From Candidatus Limnocylindrales bacterium (GTDB lineage: Bacteria > Chloroflexota > Limnocylindria > Limnocylindrales > CSP1-4): a stretch of 64,000 bases of DNA. The translations under genes were made by a program, and so were the position numbers. Positions 54,590 to 64,000 of this stretch are shown one piece after another. The notes below the pieces were generated by a model that did no database searches, had not been told where the DNA came from, and saw only the letters and a program-made list of their open reading frames with translations. The first letter of the stretch is position 1; each line of letters begins with the position of its first letter. The DNA lies in the NCBI GenBank assembly GCA_035699445.1, contig DASSPX010000123.1:35777-99776 (forward strand). Reading direction: 5' to 3'.

Positions 54590-55822
54590 ATGGCACGACC
54601 CCTGGTCGTCCTCGCGCTTCCCCACGCGGAGCACGAGGCGGTCGCGACGGAGCTGCGTGCCGCGGGCTTCGAGACGGCCGACGTCCAGCGACCCGAGGAG
54701 CTCGAGGCCATCCTGGGCCGGCGGCGCGACGTCGGCGTCGCCATCCTCGACGCCGAGGCCAACCTCGACCTCGCGCTCGAGCTCTGGGCCGTCCTCCACG
54801 AGGACGGGCGCTCGGTCCCGGCGATGCTCATCGTCTCACCGAGCACGCTCGAGCGCCTCGAGATGGGCGCGACTGCTGCGGCGATCGACGACGAGTACGT
54901 CACCCGCCCCTACTCCACCGAGTCGATCCGCTGGCGGGTCGAGGCGATGTGCATCCGCAGCCAGGCGGTCGACGACGGCAGCGGGCCTGTCCTCCAGGGC
55001 GGCCCGATCGAGGTCGAGGGCTGGGCGCAGCGCGGCACGATCGTCGCGGTGTTCAACCCCAAGGGCGGCGTCGGCAAGACCACGGTGTCCACGAACCTCG
55101 CCTCGGCGCTCGTCGTCCGCAAGCAGCGCCAGGTCCTGCTCGTCGACGCAGACACGGTCACCGGCCATGTCGCCACGTCGCTCGCCCTCGAGGACACCTC
55201 CACGCTCGTGGACGCCCTCCGCGACGACCCGGGCGGCGCGCGCGTGGGGCTCGAGCAGGTCTCGTCCTCGCACCCGTCGGGCCTGCGCGTGGCCACGCTC
55301 GCATCGTCGCCGATCTACGCCGAGCTGCTCGATCCGGAGCAGGTGGGTCTCGCGCTCGAGGCGGCGCGGCGCGGCCAGGACTTCGTGATCGTCGACCTGC
55401 ACCCGTCGTACAGCCCGCTCAACCAGGTCGTGTTCGACCGCGCCGACCGGATCCTCGTGCCGGTGACCCCGGACGTGCCCGCGATCCGCGCCGCCGTGCA
55501 GCTGCGCGAGATCGCCTCCGAGCTCGGTATCCGCGACAAGCTCGCGATGGTCGTGAACCGCGCGAACAGCGGCGTGTCGGTGGCGGACATGGAGCGGACC
55601 GTCGGGATGGAGGCGCTCGCGCTCATCCGGTCGGGCGGCATGCTGTTCGTCCGGGCGGCGAACGAGGGCCGGACGGTGATCGACCTCTTCCCGCGGGAGC
55701 GGATCACCGAGGACTTCGATGCGCTCGCCGACCGGATCCTCGGCGCACCCCGCAGGCCCGAGCCGGAGAAGACGGGCTGGCGGCTGTTCGGCGGCCGCCT
55801 GCGGGTGCCCGCGCGCGTCTGA
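54590..55822 (+). CDS. receiver-like domain + ParA/MinD-family ATPase (CpaE/TadZ-like architecture)
   Basis: N-terminal REC-like fold (VVLALPHAEHEAVATELRAAGFE...VAILDAEAN...MLIVS). ParA/MinD domain with deviant Walker A VFNPKGGVGKTTVSTNLA and LLVDADTVTGH. The ATG lies 2 nt after the upstream stop. Confidence 0.8.
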   Translation: MARPLVVLALPHAEHEAVATELRAAGFETADVQRPEELEAILGRRRDVGVAILDAEANLDLALELWAVLHEDGRSVPAMLIVSPSTLERLEMGATAAAIDDEYVTRPYSTESIRWRVEAMCIRSQAVDDGSGPVLQGGPIEVEGWAQRGTIVAVFNPKGGVGKTTVSTNLASALVVRKQRQVLLVDADTVTGHVATSLALEDTSTLVDALRDDPGGARVGLEQVSSSHPSGLRVATLASSPIYAELLDPEQVGLALEAARRGQDFVIVDLHPSYSPLNQVVFDRADRILVPVTPDVPAIRAAVQLREIASELGIRDKLAMVVNRANSGVSVADMERTVGMEALALIRSGGMLFVRAANEGRTVIDLFPRERITEDFDALADRILGAPRRPEPEKTGWRLFGGRLRVPARV

Positions 55823-56014
55823 CGCGAGCCGCCTCACCGCTCGCGCGCGATGCGCGAGGCGCATCACTGACGACCGATCCGGCCTCCGAAGGGGCGTCAG
55901 CCGTCGCTTCGATGTGCAAGGCGCATCGACGTGCTGCGCGGCGGGCGTCCGCGGCCGTTGCGGTCGTCAACGATGACCCTGGCGCATCGCCAGGGTCAGC
56001 CGGCCCCGGCTCCC

Positions 56015-56674
56015 TCAGCGCGAGTTCCGGTCCGAGTACGACACCCCACCCAGCGGCGCACCGGGCAGCCGCTGGTGGCGCTCGCCCGTGCGCTTGTCGA
56101 CCTGCTCGACCGCGCGCAGGTAGAAGCGGTTGACGAGGACCGCGTCGACGTCCTCGTCCGTCACGACCTGATCGCCCAGGTACGCGATCGCGTCGACGAC
56201 CGGCGTGAACATCTCGGTCGCGCGCTCGAGGAGCCGGTCCGGCTCCGATCCGGGGTAGAGGTACACGGTGCCGATCACCCGGAACGGCGGCAGGTCCAGC
56301 TTCACGTCGTAGGCGATCTTGTGGACCTTGTGCGCGGCGCGCTCGGCCTCGCTGAGCGGCGGCAGCGAATCGCCGCCCGCCACGACGAGGATGAGGTCGT
56401 ATGGATCGACGCTCTTCAGCCCCGGCGCCGGCTCGAGCGGTCCCGAGCCGTCGATCGGGCCCCACTGGACGTCCCGGATCGGGATCGCCTCGCGGCGGTT
56501 GAGCACGTCCGACAGCCGGCCCTCGGTGTCCATCCGGCCGACCAGCCGCCACTCCTCGGTCAGCCCCTCGAACGCGATTCCGCCCGCCGGGCCGCGCCGG
56601 GACCCCGGGTGCGACGCATCCGCACGACCCCCCGGTGCCGCCTCCCGGCGGCGCTTCAGGAACCCGAAGGGCAC
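56015..56674 (-). CDS. hypothetical protein (219 aa) immediately downstream of acs
   Basis: GTG 56674 lies 2 nt after the acs stop. The composition is non-junk (MPFGFLKRRREAAPG...DPYDLILVVAGGDSLPPLSEAERAAHKVHKIAYDVKLDLPPFRVIGTVYLYPG...). No family recognised. Confidence 0.5.
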   Translation of the reverse strand: MPFGFLKRRREAAPGGRADASHPGSRRGPAGGIAFEGLTEEWRLVGRMDTEGRLSDVLNRREAIPIRDVQWGPIDGSGPLEPAPGLKSVDPYDLILVVAGGDSLPPLSEAERAAHKVHKIAYDVKLDLPPFRVIGTVYLYPGSEPDRLLERATEMFTPVVDAIAYLGDQVVTDEDVDAVLVNRFYLRAVEQVDKRTGERHQRLPGAPLGGVSYSDRNSR

Positions 56675-56676
56675 GG

Positions 56677-58647
56677 CTACTCCTCTTCCGCGGCGCCGGT
56701 CCGCTCGCGGATCGTGTCCACGACGCCCGCATCGGCGAGCGTCGTCGTGTCGCCCAGCTGGCGGCCCTCGGCGATGTCGCGCAGCAGCCGGCGCATGATC
56801 TTGCCGCTGCGGGTCTTCGGCAGGTCGGGGACGAACATCAGGTACTTCGGGCGGGCGATCGGCCCGATCACGTACGCGACGTGCTCGCGGAGCTGGACGC
56901 CGAGCGCATCGCTCGGCTCCTGGCCGGACTTGAGGATGACGAACGCGAAGATCGCCTCGCCGCTGATCTCGTCCTTCTTGCCCACGACCGCCGCCTCGGC
57001 CACGGACCGGTGGTCGACGAGGGCGCTCTCCACCTCCGTGGTGGAGATCCGGTGGCCGGCGACGTTCATCACGTCATCCACGCGGCCGAGCAGCCAGAAG
57101 TAGCCGTCCTCGTCGCGCTTCGCGCCATCGCCCGCGAAGTACATCCCCGGGAAGCGGCTCCAGTACGTCTGCCGGTAGCGCTCGTTGTCGCCGTAGATGC
57201 CCCGCAGCATCGCCGGCCACGGCCGCTTCAGGACGAGATAGCCGCCGCCACCGAACGGGACGGAGTTGCCGTCACCGTCGACGATGTCGGCCTCGATCCC
57301 CGGGAAGGGGAACGTGGCGCTGCCCGGCTTCGTCGTCGTGACCCCGGGCAGTGGCGTGATGAGGATCTGGCCGGTCTCGGTCTGCCACCACGTGTCGACG
57401 ACCGGTGTACGGCCACCGCCGATGTGCTCGCGGTACCACGTCCACGCCTCGGGGTTGATCGGCTCGCCGACCGAGCCGAGCACGCGCAGGGTGGACAGGT
57501 CGTGCTTCGCCGGGTACTCCGGGCCCTGCTTCATGAACGCGCGGATCGCCGTCGGCGCGGTGTAGAGGATCGTGACCCTGTAGTCCTCGACGATCTGCCA
57601 CCAGCGGTCCCAGTCGGGCGTGTCCGGCGCCCCCTCGTACAGGATGCCGGTCGTCGCGTTCGCGAGCGGCCCGTACACGATGTAGCTGTGCCCGGTGACC
57701 CAGCCGATGTCGGCCGCACACCAGTACACGTCGTCGGGCTTGATGTCGAAGATCGCCCAGTGGCTGTAGCTCGTGCCGAGCAGGTAGCCCGCGGACGTGT
57801 GGAGGATCCCCTTCGGCTTCGCGGTCGTGCCGCTCGTGTAGAGCAGGTAGAGCATGTGCTCGCTCTCGACCGGCACCGGCGGGCAGTCTGCGGGCTGGCG
57901 GTCCACGATATCGTGCCACCAGTGGTCGCGGCGCGGGACCATGTGGACGCCGTCCCCGAACCTGTCCACGACGATCACGCTCTCGATCGTCGGCGTGTCC
58001 GCGACCGCCTCGTCCGCGTGGTGCTTGAGGCCAACCTTCTTGCCCCGCCGCCAGCCGCCGTCGGCGGTGATGAGCACCTTCGCGCCGCAGTCGTTGATCC
58101 GGCCCGCGAGCGCCTCCGCCGAGAAGCCGCCGAACACGACCGTGTGGGGCGCGCCGATTCGCGCGCACGCGAGCATCGCGATCGGCAGCTCGGGGATCAT
58201 CGGCATGTAGATCGCGACCCGGTCGCCCTTGCGGACGCCCAGCTCCTTGAGCGCGTTTGCGGCCTTCTGGACCTCGCGATGGAGGTCGGCGTACGTGATC
58301 GTCCGCGTGTCGCCCGGCTCGCCGATCCAGTGGTACGCGACCTTGTCGCCCAGGCCGCCCTCGACATGCCGGTCGACGCAGTTGTAGGCGACGTTCAGCT
58401 CGCCGCCGGTGAACCACTTCGCGAACGGGAGGTCCCACTCGAGCGTGGTCTCGAACGGCTTCGACCAGCTGATTCGCTCGCGCGCCAGCCGCTCCCAGAA
58501 CGCGACCGGGTCGCGCTCGGCCTCCTCGTACAGGCCCGGCTGGGCGTTCGCCTGCGCGGCGAAGGCGGGGTCGGGCGGGAACGTCCGGCGCTCGGCGAGG
58601 AGATTCTCGATCTCGGGACCGCTGGCGGCCTGGGGTTCCACGCTCAC
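56677..58647 (-). CDS. acs: acetyl-coenzyme A synthetase
   Basis: Full-length Acs (656 aa). [14 protein letters not shown]-binding motif. WWQTETG. The C-terminal acetylation-site region ...[18 protein letters not shown] 58647 with GGAGGAG upstream. Confidence 0.95.
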   Translation of the reverse strand: MSVEPQAASGPEIENLLAERRTFPPDPAFAAQANAQPGLYEEAERDPVAFWERLARERISWSKPFETTLEWDLPFAKWFTGGELNVAYNCVDRHVEGGLGDKVAYHWIGEPGDTRTITYADLHREVQKAANALKELGVRKGDRVAIYMPMIPELPIAMLACARIGAPHTVVFGGFSAEALAGRINDCGAKVLITADGGWRRGKKVGLKHHADEAVADTPTIESVIVVDRFGDGVHMVPRRDHWWHDIVDRQPADCPPVPVESEHMLYLLYTSGTTAKPKGILHTSAGYLLGTSYSHWAIFDIKPDDVYWCAADIGWVTGHSYIVYGPLANATTGILYEGAPDTPDWDRWWQIVEDYRVTILYTAPTAIRAFMKQGPEYPAKHDLSTLRVLGSVGEPINPEAWTWYREHIGGGRTPVVDTWWQTETGQILITPLPGVTTTKPGSATFPFPGIEADIVDGDGNSVPFGGGGYLVLKRPWPAMLRGIYGDNERYRQTYWSRFPGMYFAGDGAKRDEDGYFWLLGRVDDVMNVAGHRISTTEVESALVDHRSVAEAAVVGKKDEISGEAIFAFVILKSGQEPSDALGVQLREHVAYVIGPIARPKYLMFVPDLPKTRSGKIMRRLLRDIAEGRQLGDTTTLADAGVVDTIRERTGAAEEE

Positions 58648-58765
58648 TCCGCTCTCCTCCGTGGGTTCGGTCGGGGTCGCCGAGGGGTCGTCGGCGATTG
58701 TACGCGCCAGCCATCGGGCGACCGGTGCCCCGCCCCAAGGGCTGCGGTGGCTCGCTCAGCCCGCC

Positions 58766-58784
58766 TCGTCGCCCGGGGCGACGA
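58766..58784. terminator. hairpin downstream of the MscS gene (putative terminator before the acs promoter)
   Basis: tcgtcgcc-cgg-ggcgacga: an 8-bp stem about 50 nt after the MscS stop, flanked by an imperfect gcccgc...gcgggc outer pairing. Confidence 0.3.
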
Positions 58785-58834
58785 TCCGGTTGCGGGCCAT
58801 CAGGTAGACACCGAAGACACCAGCCCGATCGCGG

Positions 58835-59779
58835 TCAGTCCGTCCCCGCGGACAGCTCCTCGTCTGACGGCCCGCCGGGCGCGAACGGGTCCGGAACGGC
58901 CGCCCCCGGGTCTCGCGCCAAAACGACACGCTGCGGGCGCGGGATCTCGATCCCGTTCGCCGCGAACGCCTCGAGCAGCCGTTTGCGCAGCTCGCCACCC
59001 GCCGCCCACTGCTCCGACGCCCGGACGGTGCCCAGGATCTTCAGCGTCACGCCGTACTCGCCGAGTGCCTCGACGCGCTCGACCCGCGGCGGCTCGAGTA
59101 CCCGCCGCTTCCACACCGGGTCGTCGTGCATCGCCTGGCCCACCCCGTCGACGACGGAGATCGCCCGGTCGATGTCCGTCCCGTACGCGACCGTGACGTC
59201 CTGGTTGATCCGCGCCCACGTCCGCGTCCGGTTCGACGCGACCTTGATCTCGCCGTTGGGCACGGTGTGGACGACGCCGTCGAGGTCGCGCAGCGTGGTC
59301 CGACGGAGCGAGAAGTCCTCCACCACTCCGGTCACCCCGGCGATCGTCACCACGTCGCCCTTGCTGAACTGGTTCTCGACGAGGATGAGCGCGCCCGTGA
59401 AGTAGTCGCGCACGAGGCTCTGGGCGCCGAAGCCGACCGCGATCCCGACCACGCCCAGGCCCGCGATCGCCGGCCCGATGTCGAGGTGCAGCTCGCCGAG
59501 CACCATCACCCCGGCGATGAGCGCGATGAACACGCGGATGACGTTCGTCCCGAGCTCGCCAAGCGTGTCCATCCGCTTCTTGATCTCGACCGCGCTCAGC
59601 TCCTGGGCCGTGCCCTCCGTCGCCTCGCGATCCATGAGCGCCTTCACGATTCCCCGCACGAACGCGCCCGCCACGCGCGCGACGACGATCGCCACGATCG
59701 CGATGAGCACGATCGGCAGGATCGGATCGCGCAGGAGCGAGACCGCCTCGGCCCAGGGGGACTCCGTGAGGTCGGGCAT
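58835..59779 (-). CDS. mechanosensitive ion channel, MscS family
   Basis: Three N-terminal TM helices followed by the MscS beta-domain (SLVRDYFTGALILVENQFSKGDVVTIAGVTGVVEDFSLRRTTLRDLDGVVHTVPNGEI). Confidence 0.85.
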   Translation of the reverse strand: MPDLTESPWAEAVSLLRDPILPIVLIAIVAIVVARVAGAFVRGIVKALMDREATEGTAQELSAVEIKKRMDTLGELGTNVIRVFIALIAGVMVLGELHLDIGPAIAGLGVVGIAVGFGAQSLVRDYFTGALILVENQFSKGDVVTIAGVTGVVEDFSLRRTTLRDLDGVVHTVPNGEIKVASNRTRTWARINQDVTVAYGTDIDRAISVVDGVGQAMHDDPVWKRRVLEPPRVERVEALGEYGVTLKILGTVRASEQWAAGGELRKRLLEAFAANGIEIPRPQRVVLARDPGAAVPDPFAPGGPSDEELSAGTD

Positions 59780-59884
59780 GACGCCAAGAGCCTAGCCAAA
59801 GGCCGATGGCCCGGGCGGGCGATTCGAACCGGACGACGGCCGCCGCTCGTCAGCGTCGACGCCGCGGAGGACCCGGCGAACGGA

Positions 59885-60862
59885 TCACCGCGCAGGCGGG
59901 CCGATCCGCTCCCGTGCGAGACGGCCGGCCGACGGCGGGTTCGCCGGAACGTCGTCGCCACTGGCAATCGCGAGCCCCTCGCGCATGGATGGCACCTGCG
60001 GCGTCCACGCGGAGGCGTCCCGGAAGCGCCGATTCGACACCCGATGGCTGGACAGGAGGAACGAGGCACCGGATCCGGCCAGTGCGATCTCCACAGCCGG
60101 CGGTGGTCGCCGGAGGCTGCGCCGTCCCACGAGGCGGGCCAGCACCTCGTCGATTTCCCGCCGGCGCATCGGCTGGTCGTCCACGACGTCGTAGATCCCG
60201 GGAGGGACGCGCAGCGCGGCGACGAGCGCGGCGCCCGCGTCCTCGGTCCACAGGCTCGACTGATACCCATCCGTCGCCCCGACAATGCCCGAGAAGCCCC
60301 GCCTCGCTTCCTCGAGGAGTGTCGCGGCGACCGGCGTCCCTGGGCCGTACAGCATGCCGAGTCGCAGGACGATGCCTCCCGCTCGCGCGTCACCGAACGC
60401 GCGAACCATGCTCTCTGCCTCGAGTGAGCTCGCCGTGGTCCACGTCGGCGAGACGGCTGCGGTCGGCGCCTCGATCCAGCCGTCGCCGCCGTCGGCGTAG
60501 AGCAGCGTCACCGATGGGTACGCGATGGTCTTCACCCCTGCCGACGCCGCGGCCGCCACGATGAGCCGTGTCCCCTCGGTCCGGATGCGGTCGTTCTCTG
60601 CCCAGGCGTCCCTCGAGTCCATCCGAGAGCTCGGCGGGATCCGCGTGGCGAGGTGCAGGACCGCGGCGACACCGCCCATGCCGCGCTGCAGCGCGTCCGG
60701 ATCGAACAGACTGCCGACGACCGGCTCCACACCTGCGGCTCGCAGACGGGAGGCAGCCTCCTCGTCTCGGGCGAGCGCGCGGACGGCGTGGCCCGCGTTG
60801 AGCAGCCGCGGGGTGGCGGCTGACCCGAGCACGCCAGTGACGCCCGTGACGAACACATCCAT
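59885..60862 (-). CDS. NAD-dependent epimerase/dehydratase (extended SDR)
   Basis: ATG 60862 with AGGAG upstream. The Rossmann motif is VFVTGVTGVLGSA. The ORF-track N-terminal extension to 60955 is unlikely. Confidence 0.75.
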   Translation of the reverse strand: MDVFVTGVTGVLGSAATPRLLNAGHAVRALARDEEAASRLRAAGVEPVVGSLFDPDALQRGMGGVAAVLHLATRIPPSSRMDSRDAWAENDRIRTEGTRLIVAAAASAGVKTIAYPSVTLLYADGGDGWIEAPTAAVSPTWTTASSLEAESMVRAFGDARAGGIVLRLGMLYGPGTPVAATLLEEARRGFSGIVGATDGYQSSLWTEDAGAALVAALRVPPGIYDVVDDQPMRRREIDEVLARLVGRRSLRRPPPAVEIALAGSGASFLLSSHRVSNRRFRDASAWTPQVPSMREGLAIASGDDVPANPPSAGRLARERIGPPAR

Positions 60863-61001
60863 GAGGTAGCTCCTGATCGGCGACGCAACGTGCATCGCGT
60901 ATCCCTGCCGCGATACGCACGATTGATCAACGCGGGCGAGCGAGTGGGTATGCACGGACGTCCACGATGTGCACCGCCGAACGACGCAGGGCGACGGGCG
61001 A

Positions 61002-61736
61002 TCACGCCCTTCCGGTGCCGGTCACCTCCCGCTGCGAGAGAGCAGGGCGGACGCCCACGTGGAGGGTCACGATCCCGAACGTCATCGGGCTCCAGGTGAC
61101 GTCCACGAGGCCCGCCTCGCCCATGATCCGGGCGATCTCGTCAGGCCCCGGATAGTCGCGCGTGCTCGCGACGAGGTAGCGGTACGCGTCGCCCTGGCCC
61201 ATGAGCCGGCCGAGCACCGGGATCGCGCGGTCGAACCACGTCTGCGCGAGCTGACCCAGCCGGCTCGGCGGACGCGAGATCTCGAGGCACACGACGCGCC
61301 CACCCGGCCGCACCGCGCGCCGCATCTCCGCGAACCCGCGCCGGTAGTCGGCGAGGTTGCGCATCCCGAACGCGATCGTCGCCGCGTCGAACGTCGCGTC
61401 GGGGACCGGGAGGTCGAGCGCGTCGCCCCAGCGGAACTCGAGCCCCCGCCGGCCCAGGCGCTCGCGGGCGAGCGCGAGCATCCCCTCCGAGAAGTCGATC
61501 CCGACCACCTCGCCACCGGGCCGAACGTCCCGCCACAGCGCCTCGGCGACCTTGCCGGTGCCGGTCGCGACGTCGAGCGCGCGCATCCCCGGGCGCAGGC
61601 GCGCGGCGCGGACCGCCCGTCGGCGCCATCTCGGCTCCTGGAAGCCGCTGATCAGCGCGTTCATCGGGTCGTAGACGCCGCTGATCGTGTCGAACATCTC
61701 CCGAACGCGGTCGGGCTCGACGGGGTTGCCGCTCAC
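61002..61736 (-). CDS. menG: demethylmenaquinone / ubiquinone-menaquinone biosynthesis C-methyltransferase
   Basis: MFDTISGVYDPMNALISGF...ALDVATGTGKVA (SAM motif I)...RVVCLE. GTG 61736 with GGGGAG upstream. Confidence 0.85.
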   Translation of the reverse strand: MSGNPVEPDRVREMFDTISGVYDPMNALISGFQEPRWRRRAVRAARLRPGMRALDVATGTGKVAEALWRDVRPGGEVVGIDFSEGMLALARERLGRRGLEFRWGDALDLPVPDATFDAATIAFGMRNLADYRRGFAEMRRAVRPGGRVVCLEISRPPSRLGQLAQTWFDRAIPVLGRLMGQGDAYRYLVASTRDYPGPDEIARIMGEAGLVDVTWSPMTFGIVTLHVGVRPALSQREVTGTGRA

Positions 61737-61743
61737 GTGTCGC

Positions 61744-63909
61744 TCACTCCCCGGCTCCGATCCGGTCGGCGAACGCGAGCACCGCGGGCGCCACGATCTC
61801 CGGCCGCGCAGCGGGGCCGCCATGCGTGAGCGCGTCGAGCGTCAGCGCACTCGCCCCGGGGATGCGGGCGATCAGGCCGTGCGCGATCCGGGCGTAGAAC
61901 GGGTTGCTCCGGCCACCGGTGGCCACCTCGACCGGGGCGCTGATCCCCACGAGACCCTCGCGGTCGAGCCCGACGAGCGCCGCGTCGGCGACCGCCGAGC
62001 GACCCTCCGCCTCGATCGCCGCGCGCGACGCCGGCCGCAGCCGCGCGACCGCGTCCGCCCCGGCCACGGCGGCCAGGAACGCGATCCCGGCGGCCCCCGC
62101 ACCCTCGTCCATCGCGATCCGGGCGATCCGTTCGCCGAGCGGCCGGAACAGCCGCCGAACCGGGTCCGGGGCGACCGGGACGTACGGCGGCTCGAACACC
62201 CAGGCGCCCGCGAACCGGTCGGGGTGACGGGCCACGGCTTCGAGCGCCACGCACCCGCCGTACGAGTGCCCGACGAGGAGCGCGGGCCCCGGCAGCCCGG
62301 CGGCGTCGAGCACGGCGAGCAGGTCGGCCACGTGCACCGCGACGTCGATCGGGGCCGGATCCGTCCCCGGCGGCAGCGCGCTCGCGCCGGCGCTCCGCCG
62401 ATCGACCGCGAGCACGGTGAACCGCTCGGCGAGTCGTTCCGCGAGCCCGTCGAGCTCGGCAGCGGTCGAGAGCGTGGCGTGGCACAGGAGGAGCGGCGGG
62501 CCGGAGCCGCGGCGGCGGACGGCGAGGACCGCGCCGTCGGGACGACGGACGCGCTCGATCGTCGGACGGGTCTCGATGATGCGCGTGACCTCCTGCCTTC
62601 GAACCTTGCCGCCCGCCGTGCGGGGCAGCGCGTCGACGAACCCGTACCCGGCAGGCACCGCGTGCCTGGGCAGCCGCTCACGGGCGTACCGATCGAGGTC
62701 GGCGACGAGGCGGTCCGGCGGCACGCCACCGTCGTGCCCGGCCGGCACGACGACCGCGACCGGCACGCGACCCCAGCGCTCGTGTCGCCGTCCGGCGACC
62801 GCCACCTCGGCGACCAGCGGCGACGCGGCGAGCACGGCCTCGACCTGCGCGGGGTAGACGTTCTCGCCGCCCGAGACGAGCAGGTCCTCGCGACGATCGA
62901 GCACCGCAAGCCGTCCATCGGCATCGAGCCGGCCGATGTCACCCGTGCGCAGCCAGCCGTCCGCGTCGAGCACCCCCGCGGTCGCCGCCTCGTCACCGTC
63001 GTAGCCGGCGAAGACCATGGAGCCCCGGACGAGGATCTCCCCTTCCTCGCCCGACGGGGCGTCGATCCGCAGGTCGACGCCCGGCAGGGGCCGGCCGCTC
63101 GACCCGGGCGCGGACGGCGACTCCGAGGCCGGCAGCGCGGTGACGCCGGAGGTCGCCTCGGTGAGGCCATACGTCGGCACGACCGGCAGCCCGGCATCCA
63201 CCGCACGGCGCACGAGCCCCGGGGGGATCGGGGCGCCGCCGAGCAGGATCGCGCGCAGCGAGGGGGCCTCCGGTGGCCGGCCGTCCAGAATCGCCGCCAG
63301 CTGCGTGGGCACGAGCGGGACGAAGGCGACCCGCTCCTTCACGAGCGCGCGCCGGACCACCGCCGCGTCGAATGCCGGCAGGACGTGGATCGGCGCGCCC
63401 GCGAGCGCGGCGCGATGCACGATGCCCAGCCCCGCGACGTGGTGGAGCGGCAGGGTCGCCAGCCACGCGTCCCCCGCCGTTGCGCCCAGGAAGCCGTTCC
63501 AGGCCCCGGCGCTCGAGAGCAGGTTCGCGGCGGTCAGGATCGCGCCTTTCGGGGTCCCGGTCGTGCCCGACGTCGGGACGATGACCGCCGCCTCGCTCGC
63601 GGCACGCGGGGCAACCAGCGGCGGGCCGTCGAGCGAGGCCAGCTCGAGCGTGCGCGCGGCGCCGCCGACCCCGTCGATCGCCCCGGGGGTGGACCCGTCG
63701 TGCAGCACGAGCTCGACCCGGCTCCGGGCAAGCTGCTCCCGGAGCGCCGCGGCGGGATGCCGCGGATCGAGCGGCACGAGCACGCCGCCCGCGAGGCGCA
63801 CGGCGTGGATCGCCGCGACCGTCCGGGCACTCGGTGGCGCGAGCAGCCCGACCCGGTCCCCCGGCCCGATCCCGGCGCCCCGGATGCCGCCGGCCCAGCG
63901 TGTCGCCAC
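61744..63909 (-). CDS. menE: o-succinylbenzoate-CoA ligase (MenE) fused to alpha/beta-hydrolase (MenH-like) domain
   Basis: AMP-binding motifs (VPTSGTTGTPKG, YGLTEATSG, TGDIGRLDADGRL, LPRTAGGKVRRQ). A C-terminal ~270-aa alpha/beta hydrolase with GHSYGG. It sits next to menG. GTG 63909. Confidence 0.8.
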   Translation of the reverse strand: MATRWAGGIRGAGIGPGDRVGLLAPPSARTVAAIHAVRLAGGVLVPLDPRHPAAALREQLARSRVELVLHDGSTPGAIDGVGGAARTLELASLDGPPLVAPRAASEAAVIVPTSGTTGTPKGAILTAANLLSSAGAWNGFLGATAGDAWLATLPLHHVAGLGIVHRAALAGAPIHVLPAFDAAVVRRALVKERVAFVPLVPTQLAAILDGRPPEAPSLRAILLGGAPIPPGLVRRAVDAGLPVVPTYGLTEATSGVTALPASESPSAPGSSGRPLPGVDLRIDAPSGEEGEILVRGSMVFAGYDGDEAATAGVLDADGWLRTGDIGRLDADGRLAVLDRREDLLVSGGENVYPAQVEAVLAASPLVAEVAVAGRRHERWGRVPVAVVVPAGHDGGVPPDRLVADLDRYARERLPRHAVPAGYGFVDALPRTAGGKVRRQEVTRIIETRPTIERVRRPDGAVLAVRRRGSGPPLLLCHATLSTAAELDGLAERLAERFTVLAVDRRSAGASALPPGTDPAPIDVAVHVADLLAVLDAAGLPGPALLVGHSYGGCVALEAVARHPDRFAGAWVFEPPYVPVAPDPVRRLFRPLGERIARIAMDEGAGAAGIAFLAAVAGADAVARLRPASRAAIEAEGRSAVADAALVGLDREGLVGISAPVEVATGGRSNPFYARIAHGLIARIPGASALTLDALTHGGPAARPEIVAPAVLAFADRIGAGE

Positions 63910-64000
63910 GTCCGCGAGCGCGGCGTACGACCAGCGGACCTCGTCGTCCGCGACGGCGGGGGCCTCGCCGCCACGCTCCGCGCCTGCGAGCAGGATGTCC

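Noticed and set aside
59801-59835. GGTTCGAATC-like sequence (tRNA T-loop look-alike) in the MscS/epimerase gap
   Set aside because: The flanking bases do not form a T-stem, no acceptor/anticodon arms can be drawn, and the gap (~105 nt) contains no cloverleaf. It is coincidental.
1-64000. Mobile elements, CRISPR arrays, rRNA/tRNA genes, prophage
   Set aside because: There are no transposase/integrase/recombinase signatures, no regularly spaced short repeats, and no rRNA-like or cloverleaf sequences. GC content is uniformly high with no compositional island, apart from a few short lower-GC intergenic patches.

Overview
This is a 64-kb, very high-GC (about 70%+) chromosomal segment, most plausibly from an actinobacterium. 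Gene density is high on both strands and I see no rRNA, convincing tRNA, CRISPR array, transposase or integrase. The window is an ordinary chromosomal neighbourhood of signalling, transport, cell-wall and cofactor genes.

Recognisable content, in order along the window:
- the C-terminal end of a DEAD-box helicase;
- a DUF72 protein;
- a beta-lactamase-family lipoprotein;
- a GreA-like factor that carries an unusual ~210-aa N-terminal extension;
- a two-component block containing a giant 2064-aa sensor histidine kinase (8 GAF + 3 PAS + HisKA_3/HATPase), a stand-alone receiver and a LuxR/NarL response regulator;
- an amicyanin-like cupredoxin lipoprotein;
- three unlinked ABC-2 exporter pairs (ATPase + permease);
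- tag, a D-cysteine desulfhydrase/ACC-deaminase-family enzyme, and a cupin + APH-like kinase pair;
- RidA, a secreted lytic transglycosylase-like protein, a small alpha/beta hydrolase and a SpoIID/LytB protein;
- an MFS exporter and an aquaporin;
- a complete dppABCDF peptide ABC operon;
- a sarcosine-oxidase-like FAD enzyme, a NUDIX hydrolase and a CocE/NonD hydrolase;
- a LysE exporter, a DUF3307 membrane protein, a SatD-like regulator and an FAD oxidoreductase;
- two divergent cNMP-binding-domain-only proteins next to two tandem, translationally coupled class-III nucleotidyl-cyclase–NB-ARC(STAND)–TPR paralogs;
- punA, moaA, and a coiled-coil/acidic protein translationally coupled to a receiver–ParA/MinD (CpaE/TadZ-like) ATPase;
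- an unknown protein immediately downstream of acs (acetyl-CoA synthetase), then an MscS channel, an NAD-dependent epimerase, menG/ubiE and a menE–menH fusion.

The most interesting candidates are the cyclase–STAND–TPR tandem pair with its adjacent cNMP readers, the multi-GAF kinase, and the coiled-coil + REC–ParA pair. Several small ORFs with strong Shine-Dalgarno (SD) sequences fall below the ORF-track size cut-off (a LysW-like zinc ribbon; a 57-aa ORF downstream of the response regulator). All coordinates are read by eye from the provided ORF frames and may be off by about ±1–3 nt at starts. Family assignments are from motif recognition, not database searches.
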